A DNA stretch of 64,000 nucleotides, taken from positions 62,912,492-62,976,491 of the forward strand of contig NC_068981.1 in assembly GCF_001194135.2 (NCBI RefSeq), read 5' to 3'. A program made the position numbers and the translations under genes. The notes beneath the pieces were generated by a model, which saw nothing but the letters and a program-made list of their open reading frames with translations, made no database searches and was not told the DNA's origin. The stretch's first letter is position 1. Each line of letters starts with the position of its first letter. Positions 38,461 to 50,107 of the stretch are shown piece after piece. This DNA comes from Octopus bimaculoides (taxonomy: Eukaryota).

Positions 38461-38971
38461 GAACAAGGATTAAATGAAACCAAGTTTAGGTTAACACACA
38501 TGGATGGGAGTAATATTGTTACTGGGACGGGGGTAACTCGAAAGCTTTAGGCCGGCTAAAGATAATGTACGCCGACTACCAAGGGTAACTGAGCAATATC
38601 AAGTAATGGGATGGGAGGAATCTGGTGGAAGAACATGAAACCAACTGATGGTGGAAAGAGGTTATAACTATTTTTGTGAACCAAATGCTTCTCTACGCTG
38701 TAGAATAGTCACAGTAAAACTACAGCCCACGTGAATTCTTGAATCGCACAGCAAACGAAAATTGAAGGGTTTTTTTTTTTTGTAATGATGAGCCATCTCT
38801 TATGCGCCTTGAAAAAGGTTGACTATATCCGCTATAGAATTTTGTATTGGTTTCCCCTTCATTATTTGATTAAATGACAGATATAAGAATATATGCATAA
38901 ATTTGAATGTGTCTTTTCACTTGTGTATGACATGAGTAATTCTAATCAATTATACTTTCTTTCGTAAATAG

Positions 38972-39122
38972 TGCAGCCAATCATGCGGTATGTATGGTGT
39001 TCAAACTCGGGCTGTGAAGTGTGTTGTTAATGAACATTGGCAAGTCAATCCGCTCCGTTGTCGACAGTCGCAAAAACCACAGACCAAACAACGATGTAAT
39101 ACTTTTGTATGTCCAACTGCAA
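38972..39122 (+). CDS. ADAMTS exon: TSR5 (CSQSCGMYGVQTRAVKC...KPQTKQRCNTFVCPTA)
   Basis: ctttcgtaaatag acceptor, gtgagt donor, phase 0/1. Confidence 0.93.
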
Positions 39123-39365
39123 GTGAGTACTGGTTCGAACAATTATTATATTGAATTTTTTATTTCATTTATTGTTTGGTGAACAAAGACATCGTTGATT
39201 GTAAGTCTGCATTGGGACAAAAGTTGACATCATTTCTAACAGTAGCAGTAACAAGAAAGAGCTTCTAGCTATATACAGAACAATATTGCAAGGAACTTTG
39301 TTCAAGAAAGGATTGGTTATTTGGAGGCCTTTTTCTCCGGTACCGCCGAAAGATATATGAGCATA

Positions 39366-39428
<63 letters not shown>

Positions 39429-39665
39429 NNNNNNNNNNNNNNNNNNNNNNNNNNNNNNNNNNNNNNNNNNNNNNNNNNNNNNNNNNNNNNNNNNNNNNNN
39501 NNNNNNNNNNNNNNNNNNNNNNNNNNNNNNNNNNNNNNNNNNNNNNNNNNNNNNNNNNNNNNNNNNNNNNNNNNNNNNNNNNNNNNNNNNNNNNNNNNNN
39601 NNNNNNNNNNNNNNNNNNNNNNNNNNNNNNNNNNNNNNNNNNNNNNNNNNNNNNNNNNNNNNNNN

Positions 39666-39713
<48 letters not shown>

Positions 39714-39744
39714 ACTACATGGAACGTTCCTAAAAATTGATCCT

Positions 39745-41330
39745 TGATTTGTTGTTTAAGTGCCCTAACTCTGTTTACAGTTTTTTTCCCCCTTTTTTGA
39801 TCGATATAGTTCTCATTGCATTGTGGACATGTAATGCAATAAATTAGAGATTTCGTTTTGCTATTCGTATTTACATTAATTTTTCAACACTTTCCTGCTT
39901 TGTGTAACTATGTTTTTGATATCATCTAAGATTTTGCCCTGTTCAATCAAATTGCATGTTTCGCAACGAAGTTTGTTACATTTCGTAACTCGTATTTCTA
40001 CATCCGGTGGAAATATAATCTTTGTGAAAGAGTGTTTTAAGATTAGGTTGTTGTGCTCGACTGTTCATGATTTGAGACTTTTTAATAGGTTCACTTGGAT
40101 TTGAGAACTAGAATACAATTAGAAAGCATTGTTTTGCGAAATGTAAGATATCGTGATTTCTACAATTATGGGTAACTAAAATCGAAATTTTTAGTTGTGT
40201 TCTCTTCATCATTGTGAGAATTTCTTAGCAAGCCAAGGATCGGCATTTGTTTTGATTTGCTTATGGCTTTTAATTAAATCTTTCTGATATTTTTCTCTCT
40301 GAAGAAATATGTTTTAGTTTTTCCTATCGTCTCTTTCATCTAACTGAATTTGTAACTATTGTACAGGAACGTCTTGCCATATTAAGTGTAATGTTTCTTT
40401 TAGTATGTGGTGCATGACAAGTTAAAAAACCTTAATTAATGGAATGTGTCCGTTTCCTTACAATAAAGACCATGCTATAATAACCCCATTTTTGTTAATT
40501 ATTAGAATGTCTAAAAATAAAAGTTCACTTCTATTCATTTCTATTGTGAATATTATTATTAATTCTTGAAATTTTATAAGATCTTTCTTATTTCTGTTTC
40601 AAAATATCTAAGTCAACAAGGTATATTTTCCAATTTTCTTTTTAGTAAGTTTTGAAATTCTGAACTTAAATAATCTCAGATTGGATATGCTTATTTCTTC
40701 TAAGTATCTCATTATATTGCAAAATTCGGCGCGGCTATTGTATCCATTGCCATCCCTTTTTATTAGAAGGCAATCTTGAAGGGAAAAAGTTGTTGCTTTC
40801 TAGCATCAATTGTATTCCTTCTAATACGATTTTTAAGAATCTCTCCTAAATTGTATGTGGCCATTTTGTCTATCAAGAATTTCATCGCCTCCAATCCTAA
40901 TTCATGCAAAATATTTTCATAGAGCCTGGTCACATCAAAACTAACAATGATTGTCACTATACTTACGCTTTCTGGAATTTTTTTTAAAAAGTCCATGTCC
41001 TCTCTGATGAAATTAGGAAACATGTTGCATTATGATTTCAGTGTTATGTTGGCACTTCATGGTGGTTGTGCAACACGCACGTAATTTGAAATCTGATGGC
41101 TTAAGAATTTTTATATATGATGCAAGGAGGACTTTCGAAAGTGCATGTCTGTTTCAGTGCCATAATTCCGCAATTATTCACCGTAATCTTGCTTCTGTTG
41201 AAAAATATTATCATATCTCTGAGGTAAATTCATTTATCTCTGAGAAAACCAAAAATTTTCTGAGTAAAATATCACCTTTTACTTTGTGATGTCTAAATGT
41301 AGCTAAAAGGTAAAACAATACATGAGAAGA
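39745..41330 (-). mobile_element. Penelope-like element remnant (RT plus GIY-YIG), degraded
   Basis: FIREDMDFLKKIP...IVSFDVTRLYENILH (PLE RT), KETDT...SCHAPHTK, and C..C.TC...LIYCITCPQCNENYI (GIY-YIG region). Confidence 0.8.
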
Positions 41331-41697
41331 ATATGTAATTCGGGCAAATCCAAATCGTCATTGTAAGTAATGTAACAATGCTCAACATGCACAAGATCAT
41401 GACAATTTTGGAGAGATGTTGTGTTTAATAGACCTCTACAGTTAACTGGCACTTTGCTTTATCGATTCCAGTGGGATAAGTGACAAACAGTTCTCTTATT
41501 AAATTATGACTGCTAAATTAGAGAGGTCTTAAATTTGGCAGTGAGTTGAGTCAACCGTCTCCAAACAATATTCTTCAGAAATAATGATATTTTATATTTT
41601 AAGTTGCATTTTGTTTTGTTTTGTTTTGTTTTTTGTTTTTGTTTTTTTTTTGTTTTGTTTTTTTGCTTGTTTTTTCATCATCTTCCTTTATTTTCAG

Positions 41698-41819
41698 CTC
41701 TCAAATCATCTTGCACAGATGTGATGGAATGGTGTTACGTGGCTGTGGCCAGAAATATGTGCAAGAGTCCGTTGATCAAAAAACGTTGTTGCAAGTCATG
41801 TTCCACGAGAGAACAGTAA
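41698..41819 (+). CDS. ADAMTS terminal exon: PLAC domain (LKSSCTDVMEWCYVAVARNMCKSPLIKKRCCKSCSTREQ*)
   Basis: ttttcag acceptor, phase 1, TAA stop; six-Cys PLAC pattern C.D....C.......C.......CC..C. Confidence 0.93.
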
Positions 41820-42050
41820 GTGTTGCCTGATGCAAATGGCGGCGGATTCAATGTGGTAAGAAGACTGAAAAGTATGGAAGAAAAAAGAAAACAATTGACA
41901 GAAAACTCTGAAGGAAAAGAAAGATAACGGAGGAAGAAAAAGACAAAGGTTAACACAGATTAAAAAGAAAGGAAGATGTCGGGTAAAAACAGAAAATGGT
42001 TTAACAGAAAAGTCGAGAAAAAGGATTGCCAATGAATTATTTGACTAATA

Positions 42051-42098
<48 letters not shown>

Positions 42099-43380
42099 AT
42101 TTGACTGCAAGTTGTCAGGAGTACAAACGGCTTACTTTTAAAAACAATTTATCATATATATGGATTTGCTGGAGGTTATCAAGTACGAATGAAATGATGT
42201 ACATTAAAAACTGAATCCAGCATGACTCAAAAGAAAAGTAAAAGGCAGTAAAAAAGAAAGAGTTGAGTGGGTAAGGACCAGAGAGGGTGTTTAAAATGAG
42301 GCAGGTGGGAAAAAGAGGTGGGATGAGTTGATTAATGATGGGAAGAGTGATTGAAAAAGGGAAAGCAATAATCATAAAAGGGAATGATAAATGTATCATA
42401 AAGATTAATTAATCATATAGTTAATTTTCATGTAATTAACTAATGATTTCATCATGGACTGATTGATTGATTGATTTGTTCATTCATTGGCTTGTTATCT
42501 TTGTTGATTCATTTGGTAATACTGACTGATATTCTTGTAACCACATAAATAACCAATATAAAATGTTAGAATTGTGAGTGACAGCAAATATCGCAAGAGG
42601 AGTGAATGGAAAAAAAGAATCAACGTAGAGAGAATGAAGAACTGAAAAAAATTCACACACATATTTGTGCACACATTTGTACATGTATAAAATATGTTTG
42701 GTTTTACAAACGGAAAAGAGAGAACTCAAAATGTAAAGCAAAAATATATATATATAATTTTTTATTATTATTATTATTATTATTAGCTGAGAATACTCCA
42801 AGAGTTACTCAGGGACCTTGACTTCCGTGAGAAATCACTTTTCAGACTGAGATTGAAAGAAACGAGAGATGTATTTACCGATTATATTATACAAATCGAT
42901 AAAATGTTCTATGTAATACCGTTAACGATATGTTATTTGAGGACATAAATTTGAGAATTTACCGATATAGAAGGTTGTAAACATGAAATGATATACTAAT
43001 ATGTCTGTCTGTGGTAGAAAATTTACTTGCACACACATTCATCAACACACACATTCATGAACATTATATAACTGCCTTCTCATTCTAGTGCGCACGCGTG
43101 TATCTGAATAAATAAATGATAGAATATACTTGTACACTGACACATATATACCCACCTATGTGTGTACACAGACACACACCAGTCTACTGAAATCAAAATA
43201 TACAAACACGAAAATATAAACATATCTACACACACTCCACACTTACAAACATATGCACGCATATACATACATGCGCATGCACACACACACATATCCATAG
43301 ACATATTACCATATGACTAAATACCTGTGCACATTCACATACGCTCTACCATTCAGTAAAGGGGAGCTCAACACATACCT

Positions 43381-43418
<38 letters not shown>

Positions 43419-43699
43419 TCAGATACGTACATGTATGTATGTACGTACTTGCATGTATGTACGTACTTGCACAAACATTTATGTATACACGTACATAGTA
43501 ACGTACATACTAACTTATTAATTCATTTCATACATGCATGCAGCCACACATGGTTGCACATAGTCACAAACACACATGTGCGAACATCTACAAGCTTGGC
43601 ATCTTGTTTTAAACGATACCTCCGACATGCCCATTTTTTAATGCATATTTAAAATATAAAAATTGTACACAGAAGTAAATACATATAAAAGTAGTAATG

Positions 43700-43920
43700 T
43701 TTGATACAGGTTGAAGAGGAAGAAAGAAAAGGAGACAGTAAGAGTAGTACGAGAAAAAGGATGAAAGGAAGAAGAGACGGAGAATATACGTCGTGGATCT
43801 CAAGAGCATGTAACGAAAAGAGTGCATGTGGTGGTGGAGGGGAGACCATATATCAGTAAGGGTATGTAGACATTGTCGAAAATTGCTACTCTTCAAACGA
43901 TGTCCACCGAGTTATAAGAC
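43700..43920 (+). mobile_element. Short gag/ORF1-family remnant
   Basis: VHVVVEGRP resembles RIVVEGRQ preceding the knuckle in ORF 10667; knuckle is degenerate. Confidence 0.35.
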
Positions 43921-46900
43921 GGTCTCGTGTCACGCTCGCTATCACTGTGAACTAGTGATTGGCTGGTTAGAATCTTCTAACCAATGACGTTAATGTTCAC
44001 AACGTGCGATTTAAAATAAACAGCTAAAATAAAATGAGTCAAAATTCAATTTTATAGCAAGGTTCTTTTCTATCTATTCCTTAGGGAACAATATACTTAC
44101 TCTAACAATTCCAGGAATGTCACCCAGAAAAATATACTCTTGTGCTCTTGTCCGGCGATGTTTTACCTCTTGTATATATCACGTATCTATGTCGATCATC
44201 TCTATAATATATGTAGACCTACCTTTTATTGTGTGGAGACGCATGGTTCAGTGGTTAGGGGTGTTCGACTCATGGTCGTAATATTGTAGTTTCGATTCCT
44301 GGGCTGGACAACGCTTTGTGTTCTTGAGCAAAACACTTCATTTCACGTTGCTCCAGTCCTCTCAGCTGGTAAAAATGAGTAATCCTGCAATGGACCGGTA
44401 TCCCATCAAAGAGGAGGTAGGGGCAATATATACACCAGAAAACCAGCCCTATGCTCCTTATGGAGTAATGTAAACTAACCAGCCTTTCACTGTCAACGTC
44501 CATGGTTACAGTTCTGTCATTTTGTCCTTGACAAGAAGAGGTGAGGGTTTTCTGACGGTGTTTTTTTTTGTTTTTTTTTGTTTTTTTTCTCAGATGCAGG
44601 AAATGGGCACCGAATGTGAATGCACTCGTTTTATGGCGGTTGGAGGGTTTTTAAGCGCGGCCAGATGTATTTACTTGACTACCCAACTACTCGGTCAGTT
44701 TGCGCCTGACAGGCACAAACAGGAGTTTCTGGTGGTGTTTTAGTTGTTTGGTATCAATTTTATGCATCTGAAAAAAAAAAAAAGAGAGAGAGAGAAAACA
44801 TGCACTTCTTTCATGACGGTCGAGGGGTCCTCACACATAGCCGGATATATCCACCTGACTTTTCAGCAAGCGAGTGTAACACTTACATAGCTGTATTTTG
44901 TACCCAAGTATGGACTTGGATTTTTCTTCTGCTTTTTTTCTTTGCTTGCTTTTGTTTTTTTACGGCTTGTGTTCTTCTTATCACAAAACACTTTTTAATA
45001 AAAACTTTTATCATGCTACCAGATCCGAATGTCCTAACACGATTTATCAGAACTACTGCTAATCTACTCACAACTACTGCTCATCTACTAGGATTCACAA
45101 GGAGAAAAACTGAAAAATGTAGACTAAAAAGCACATGGTGCCCCGGGCGACTGCCCGAGTTGCCGGTACCTTAAGCCGGTCCTGCCTCTACTTGGATTAC
45201 CATGCTGAGTTCACGTTAACTCTGTCCAGAGTTTTATTCTCGATAGACTGCAGTCATTGTCTCCCCTTTGAAAAGTTTTATTCAGTTACTGCGCTCCCCA
45301 AACAATTGCAAGTGGGGCTCACCTCTTAGGCTTTCAGCATAGTAATATGCCAAGTTCAATAAGCAGAATGCGGTTGTTTCTTGCCTCAATGAATCTTCTC
45401 AGACGCAGCTGGCAAACGTATATGAATAAGATGATAAAAAGGGAGAGAGAGAAATATCGGGGCGTATATAAGTGTATGAATGTATATGTATGTGCATATA
45501 TTCATATTCTCTGGGTGTGTGTGCAATGGTATAGTCTTAAACATTGTGCTCTCTCGAGCGTGCACTCTGCCTCTGTTGTTGCTTAACCACCAGGTGTATC
45601 TTGATCGAGCAGCTCTATGATTTGACATTCCAGCTGTAACCATCCTATCGAGTGTTTCCAGAAACAGTACAGCTATCAGTACATTATTCAATGTATCCCT
45701 TTTCTTTTACTTGTGTGTGTGTGTGTGTGATGGTAGTATGTAACACACGAAGATTTGGTTGCTACTTCTAGCTGGTTGAGGACAATTGATAAGCTTTCTA
45801 GTTAGGTCGTGTGTTTATCCGTAGATTTTTGTTGTGATCTCAATGGAGAAGAAAGAGTAAGATAAATTCAGTTGGAACGTAGCAGTTGCTACTCTTCTGT
45901 ACATATCCCTTGTATCGTACATGTCAGGCACAGCATTTAGGGCTGACACTGCTGCAGCTAATTTTGTGCATGTTTATTCTAGAACTTTTGGGGTAATACT
46001 CGTGTGGTTTATTATTTCGATTTTTACTTTATTCCGTTTCAATATTACAACGATCTCCAATTTGAAGAAAATAGTGAGTTGTAGTTGTTGCTGTTTAACT
46101 GCAGCAGAACTATGATCAACGGCGTTCTATCCATGACCATCATGTATTTTTATGTGTATCAGAGACAACATAGTTCAAGGTATGATTATTTCAAACAAAC
46201 ACTGCGATTTGAGAGAAAATTTGGATGCCATTTCAAAGTTTGATTGACTACATAGTGAGGCCTCTTCAGTGGCTCAGGAAAATAGTTTTATCTGTTTGTA
46301 TGAACTGATGAAATTTCAATGTACAGCATTCACTGCCCACATGCATAAACATCCATCCATTCAACATGACTAATTCTCAGATTGATAGGAGGAAGAGAGA
46401 TCTAGACTGAATGCTTTCAACAAAGTATACTTCACTAAAGGCATCCAAGGTCTAAGTGATGGTGTTTGACCGGGCGATGGATGAAGCCTAATACTCGTCA
46501 GGAATTCTAAATACATGTACAACATTGATTTTCCGGAACCTTTGGTTCCAAAGACTTCCCGTGTTACTGATTTTTTTCCAAATTAGGGGTAATCACTTTG
46601 GTCAACACACTAAATTAAATAAATATAAATTTACTTGAATTATTAAATGAAATACATGTACATTTGATTACATGATACAAGTGTGTTAATAATGTACTAT
46701 GGAAGGTACTAGTCGATGCAACATACCAATAAACTAGTCTGATAGCCGCATAATTTGAAGGCGATTTGGCTGTTATTTTTAGCAGGTCAAACGACTTCGT
46801 TGATATTTCCTTGTTTGCTGCTCGAGAATTAGGTGGCAAATTGGTAGACTCGTTAGAGCATGAGATAGAATGCATAGCAGAATTTGTTCCAGTTCTCTAG

Positions 46901-48044
46901 ACACTGAGTTCAAATCTTGCCAAGATCAACTTGGCCTTTCATCTTTCCGGGGTCAAGTATTCTCTTTCTCCCACAGAATCGAATACATTGAAGAGTATGT
47001 GACTTGGTGGGGCCAGGGTCCCTACTTTAAAACCATCCAAGAACCCTCTTCATAGGAAGCTGGCTAAACTTTATTATAAACCGAAACATCAATCATCAGG
47101 AATTCTGTCATTTTACCATTCATTTCAGTCATTCGACTGTGGCCATGCTAGGGCTTAGTCGAACAAATCGACCCCAGTATTTATTTTTAAGTCAGGTACT
47201 TATTCTGTCTCTTTCGCCGAGCCACTAACTGAAGGAGAGGTAAACAAACAAACACCAGTTATGAAGCGATGGGTGAACAGAGATATACTTACATGCATAT
47301 ATATATATATATATACATACACACACACATGACGGGCTTGCACGTAGTTTCCGCTACCAAATTCACTCACGCGGCATTGGTCAGTCCGGAGCAATGCTCG
47401 TGGGACCGAACTCGAAACCACGCGGTTGCAAAAGCTAGCTTTTTAGCCACCAATATTTATAAACTGATCAGTGAAAACAGTTGAGTACTTGGACGATGTA
47501 ATCGGCTAGCACCCTCCTCCAAAATTACTGGCCTTAAGCCAAAATCTTAATACAATATTAATTTCTCGTAATGAGTTCAAATTCCACCGAGGACGACTTT
47601 GCGGCTCATCTTTTTTTGGAGTACCAGTTGAGCAATGGGGTCAATATGTGTGCATTTTNNNNNNNNNNNNNNNNNNNNNNNNNNNNNNNNNNNNNNNNNN
47701 NNNNNNNNNNNNNNNNNNNNNNNNNNNNNNNNNNNNNNNNNNNNNNNNNNNNNNNNNNNNNNNNNNNNNNNNNNNNNNNNNNNNNNNNNNNNNNNNNNNN
47801 NNNNNNNNNNNNNNNNNNNNNNNNNNNNNNNNNNNNNNNNNNNNNNNAAAGAAAATGGAATAATCGACAGAGAAACATCAATTTATTAACATAACTCCAA
47901 TTTTGAACAACATCGATTTCTTATAACCTACAATTGTTTCTATATTCAATTAATTCTAATTACAAATAATTACATTATAGCTGCATTTCGAATATAATAA
48001 ATTGAACATTTCATCAGGGTTAGAAATCAATACAAAAAAGGTAT

Positions 48045-48249
48045 ATTCCATTGGATTGAAGGATCATTGGCAGACTCTGCATATCAACATTCATTCCGCT
48101 ATGCTCGCGTGTGCACGTTAATGTTTTTAAAAAAACGTGTGCATGTTAATGCTTTTTTTTTTTTTTTAATCATTAACGTGTACACGCGCGCATAACAGAA
48201 CGAATGTTGATATGCTGAGTCTGCCAATGATCCCTAAATCCAATGGGAT
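48045..48249. repeat. Inverted repeat / MITE-like foldback with about 80-bp arms
   Basis: ttccattggatt...gcacgttaatg pairs with cattaacgtg...aatccaatggga; flanked by TA. Confidence 0.85.
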
Positions 48250-49079
48250 ATGTTCAAGTTACTATATTCGTTCTTCTAATCATTCTCTACCTTTTATTTT
48301 TACATCACCAAAAAATCATCTCCTCTCTCCTATTCTTCAGTTATAGGAGCCTCTTGAGGTCATTTAGTCATACGAGTTTGAAAACCTCACTAGAGTTGGT
48401 GCAACAAAAAACAATACTCTGGAATATTCTGTAGTGGTTGGCGAAAAACAGGCACTGGAGCATGACACGATCCTCTGAGTTATGTTCGATAGATAATTTG
48501 TGTTTTTTTTTTGTCGCAACCTAGCAGTTCAGCAAAAGAAACGGATAGAATAAGTACCAAACTTAAACCGTCCAACCCATGCCAGAATTTAAAGCGGATT
48601 ATGATATGTGTAGTTGACTGAATCTACTCTAATACATAACCAGTATTGATAGTGATATTTGTTCAACCTTGGAAGGATAAAAGATATTGATCTCAACAAG
48701 ATTTGAACTCAGAACAAAGTGATCTGAAAACAAACATTATAAAGCGTTTAGCCCGACCCTCTAATATACTGTTCAATATTGATGGATATTTGAATGTTAT
48801 AATGATTGTATTATGTTTAAAATATGTATTATGTATAAATAAATTACAGTGAGTTTCATAATAAATGAAAATTTAATATTGAAACTGTATTCAAATGTTT
48901 TGTTTTCATTGAAAGTTGTTTAGCCCAAGGAGAGCGCAGACAGTACTCCCAATAAGCAAAGTTATTCCAGCCGTGGCCATCCCATTGTTATGCATAAAGA
49001 TCTACATTACACAATGAAGCCCTCCTTCTTTATTGAAGACAGTAAAATGTTATGACGGTGGTATAATGTCAAAATCTCT

Positions 49080-49360
49080 TTTTTATAACCATCGGAGGGA
49101 GAGGCGCTCCTCACGGCCGCAGGTTCGTGAGATGGCTGTGTTCCATAAACAGTTTTGAGTAGGAACCGTAAAGACAAGTATTAACACGCAAGGCGCATGT
49201 GCAACTGGATTCGTAAAACGGAAAAGAATGAAAGTGCAATGCGCATGTCAAAACGGAAGAGAAAAAAGCGTAATGCACATGTCAAACAAGTTATATGATG
49301 GTCTGCATGCCACGTGCGACACCACTATCACGCAGCTTAGCTGCAATTTTCTTATTGGTT
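49080..49360. promoter_or_regulatory. Candidate promoter-like island (NRF1-like, ETS-like, E-box and CCAAT motifs)
   Basis: gcgcatgt at 49193 and 49241, gcacatgt at 49275, acggaa at 49218 and 49253, cacgtg at 49311, attgg at 49354; locally CG-rich and not part of a repeat family seen elsewhere in the window. Confidence 0.4.
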
Positions 49361-49933
49361 GATTTAGTTTATCAAAAGATGAAATAAACAATTAAGCTGT
49401 AAATTTATTTCCTCTTTCTCGGAATCAGCGACACTGCACTTTGAGAAGAATGTCTGTGACATTCACTTTATCTCTGCTCTGCAAGACAACCACTTTGATT
49501 ATAATCACGAAGGAAGACTGTGGGCACCAACACTCCCGCAGCATATGGTAAATATAACAATGGTGAGGTCGACCATGTAGAACAAACTTCATTTGATCAT
49601 TTTCATTTAAGTAGAAAAATAATGGATGTAAGCCTGTATTTGTGTTTGGATGTTGTGGCTGGGCACTCAAATAGACTTATGTAAAAGAAAGTATTCCACT
49701 TGTATGAAACCTGAAACACTGTTTCATACTTATCATCATCACATACAGCCAAGTGAGCAGAAATAGTTCGTGGATCTACCAAGATAAGAGAGATGGTTAT
49801 AAAAATCTGTCTGGGCGTTCACCTAGCAAAAAAGTATTAAAACTTCCAAGCGAACAAAACTCTGAGAAGCAAGTAATATTGATTATGATCTTCGCAAGTA
49901 CTCCAAGACTGGTTAGACTGATAGAGTTTTTAT

Positions 49934-50107
49934 TCATCATCATCAACATTTAACGTCCGTTTTCCATGCTGGCATGGGTTGGACGGTTTGACTGAAAACT
50001 GGGGAGCTGCACTAGGTTCCAATATGATTTGACATGATTTCTACGGCTGGATGTCCTTCCTAACGCCAATCACTCCAAGAGTGTAGTGGATGCTTTTTAC
50101 GTGCCAG
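49934..50107 (-). mobile_element. RTE-related 3' end fragment
   Basis: Same aacgtccg...ctggatg..cttcctaacgccaa motif with (GAT)n tail. Confidence 0.8.

Larger units (their letters stand above)
3381..41819 (+). other. ADAMTS-family protease gene, 3' portion (14 coding exons, 5'-partial): Dis-like / TSR1 / Cys-rich / spacer / 4xTSR / PLAC, same architecture as vertebrate ADAMTS6/10/17/19
   Basis: Manual splicing of 14 exons, all AG/GT bounded with matching phases, gives one uninterrupted 664-aa frame with canonical ADAMTS motifs. The disintegrin-like domain indicates a true ADAMTS rather than an ADAMTS-like protein. Exact orthologue cannot be assigned without a phylogeny. Confidence 0.93.

Noticed and set aside
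38196-38501. Mucin- or transmembrane-like ORF
   Set aside because: Translation of an (ACT)n/(AGT)n microsatellite.
49450-49881. Plus-strand two-exon model (MSVTFTLSLL...|QVSRNSSW...)
   Set aside because: Phases fit, but the second donor is weak, the peptide is unrecognisable, and it conflicts with an equally plausible minus-strand exon.
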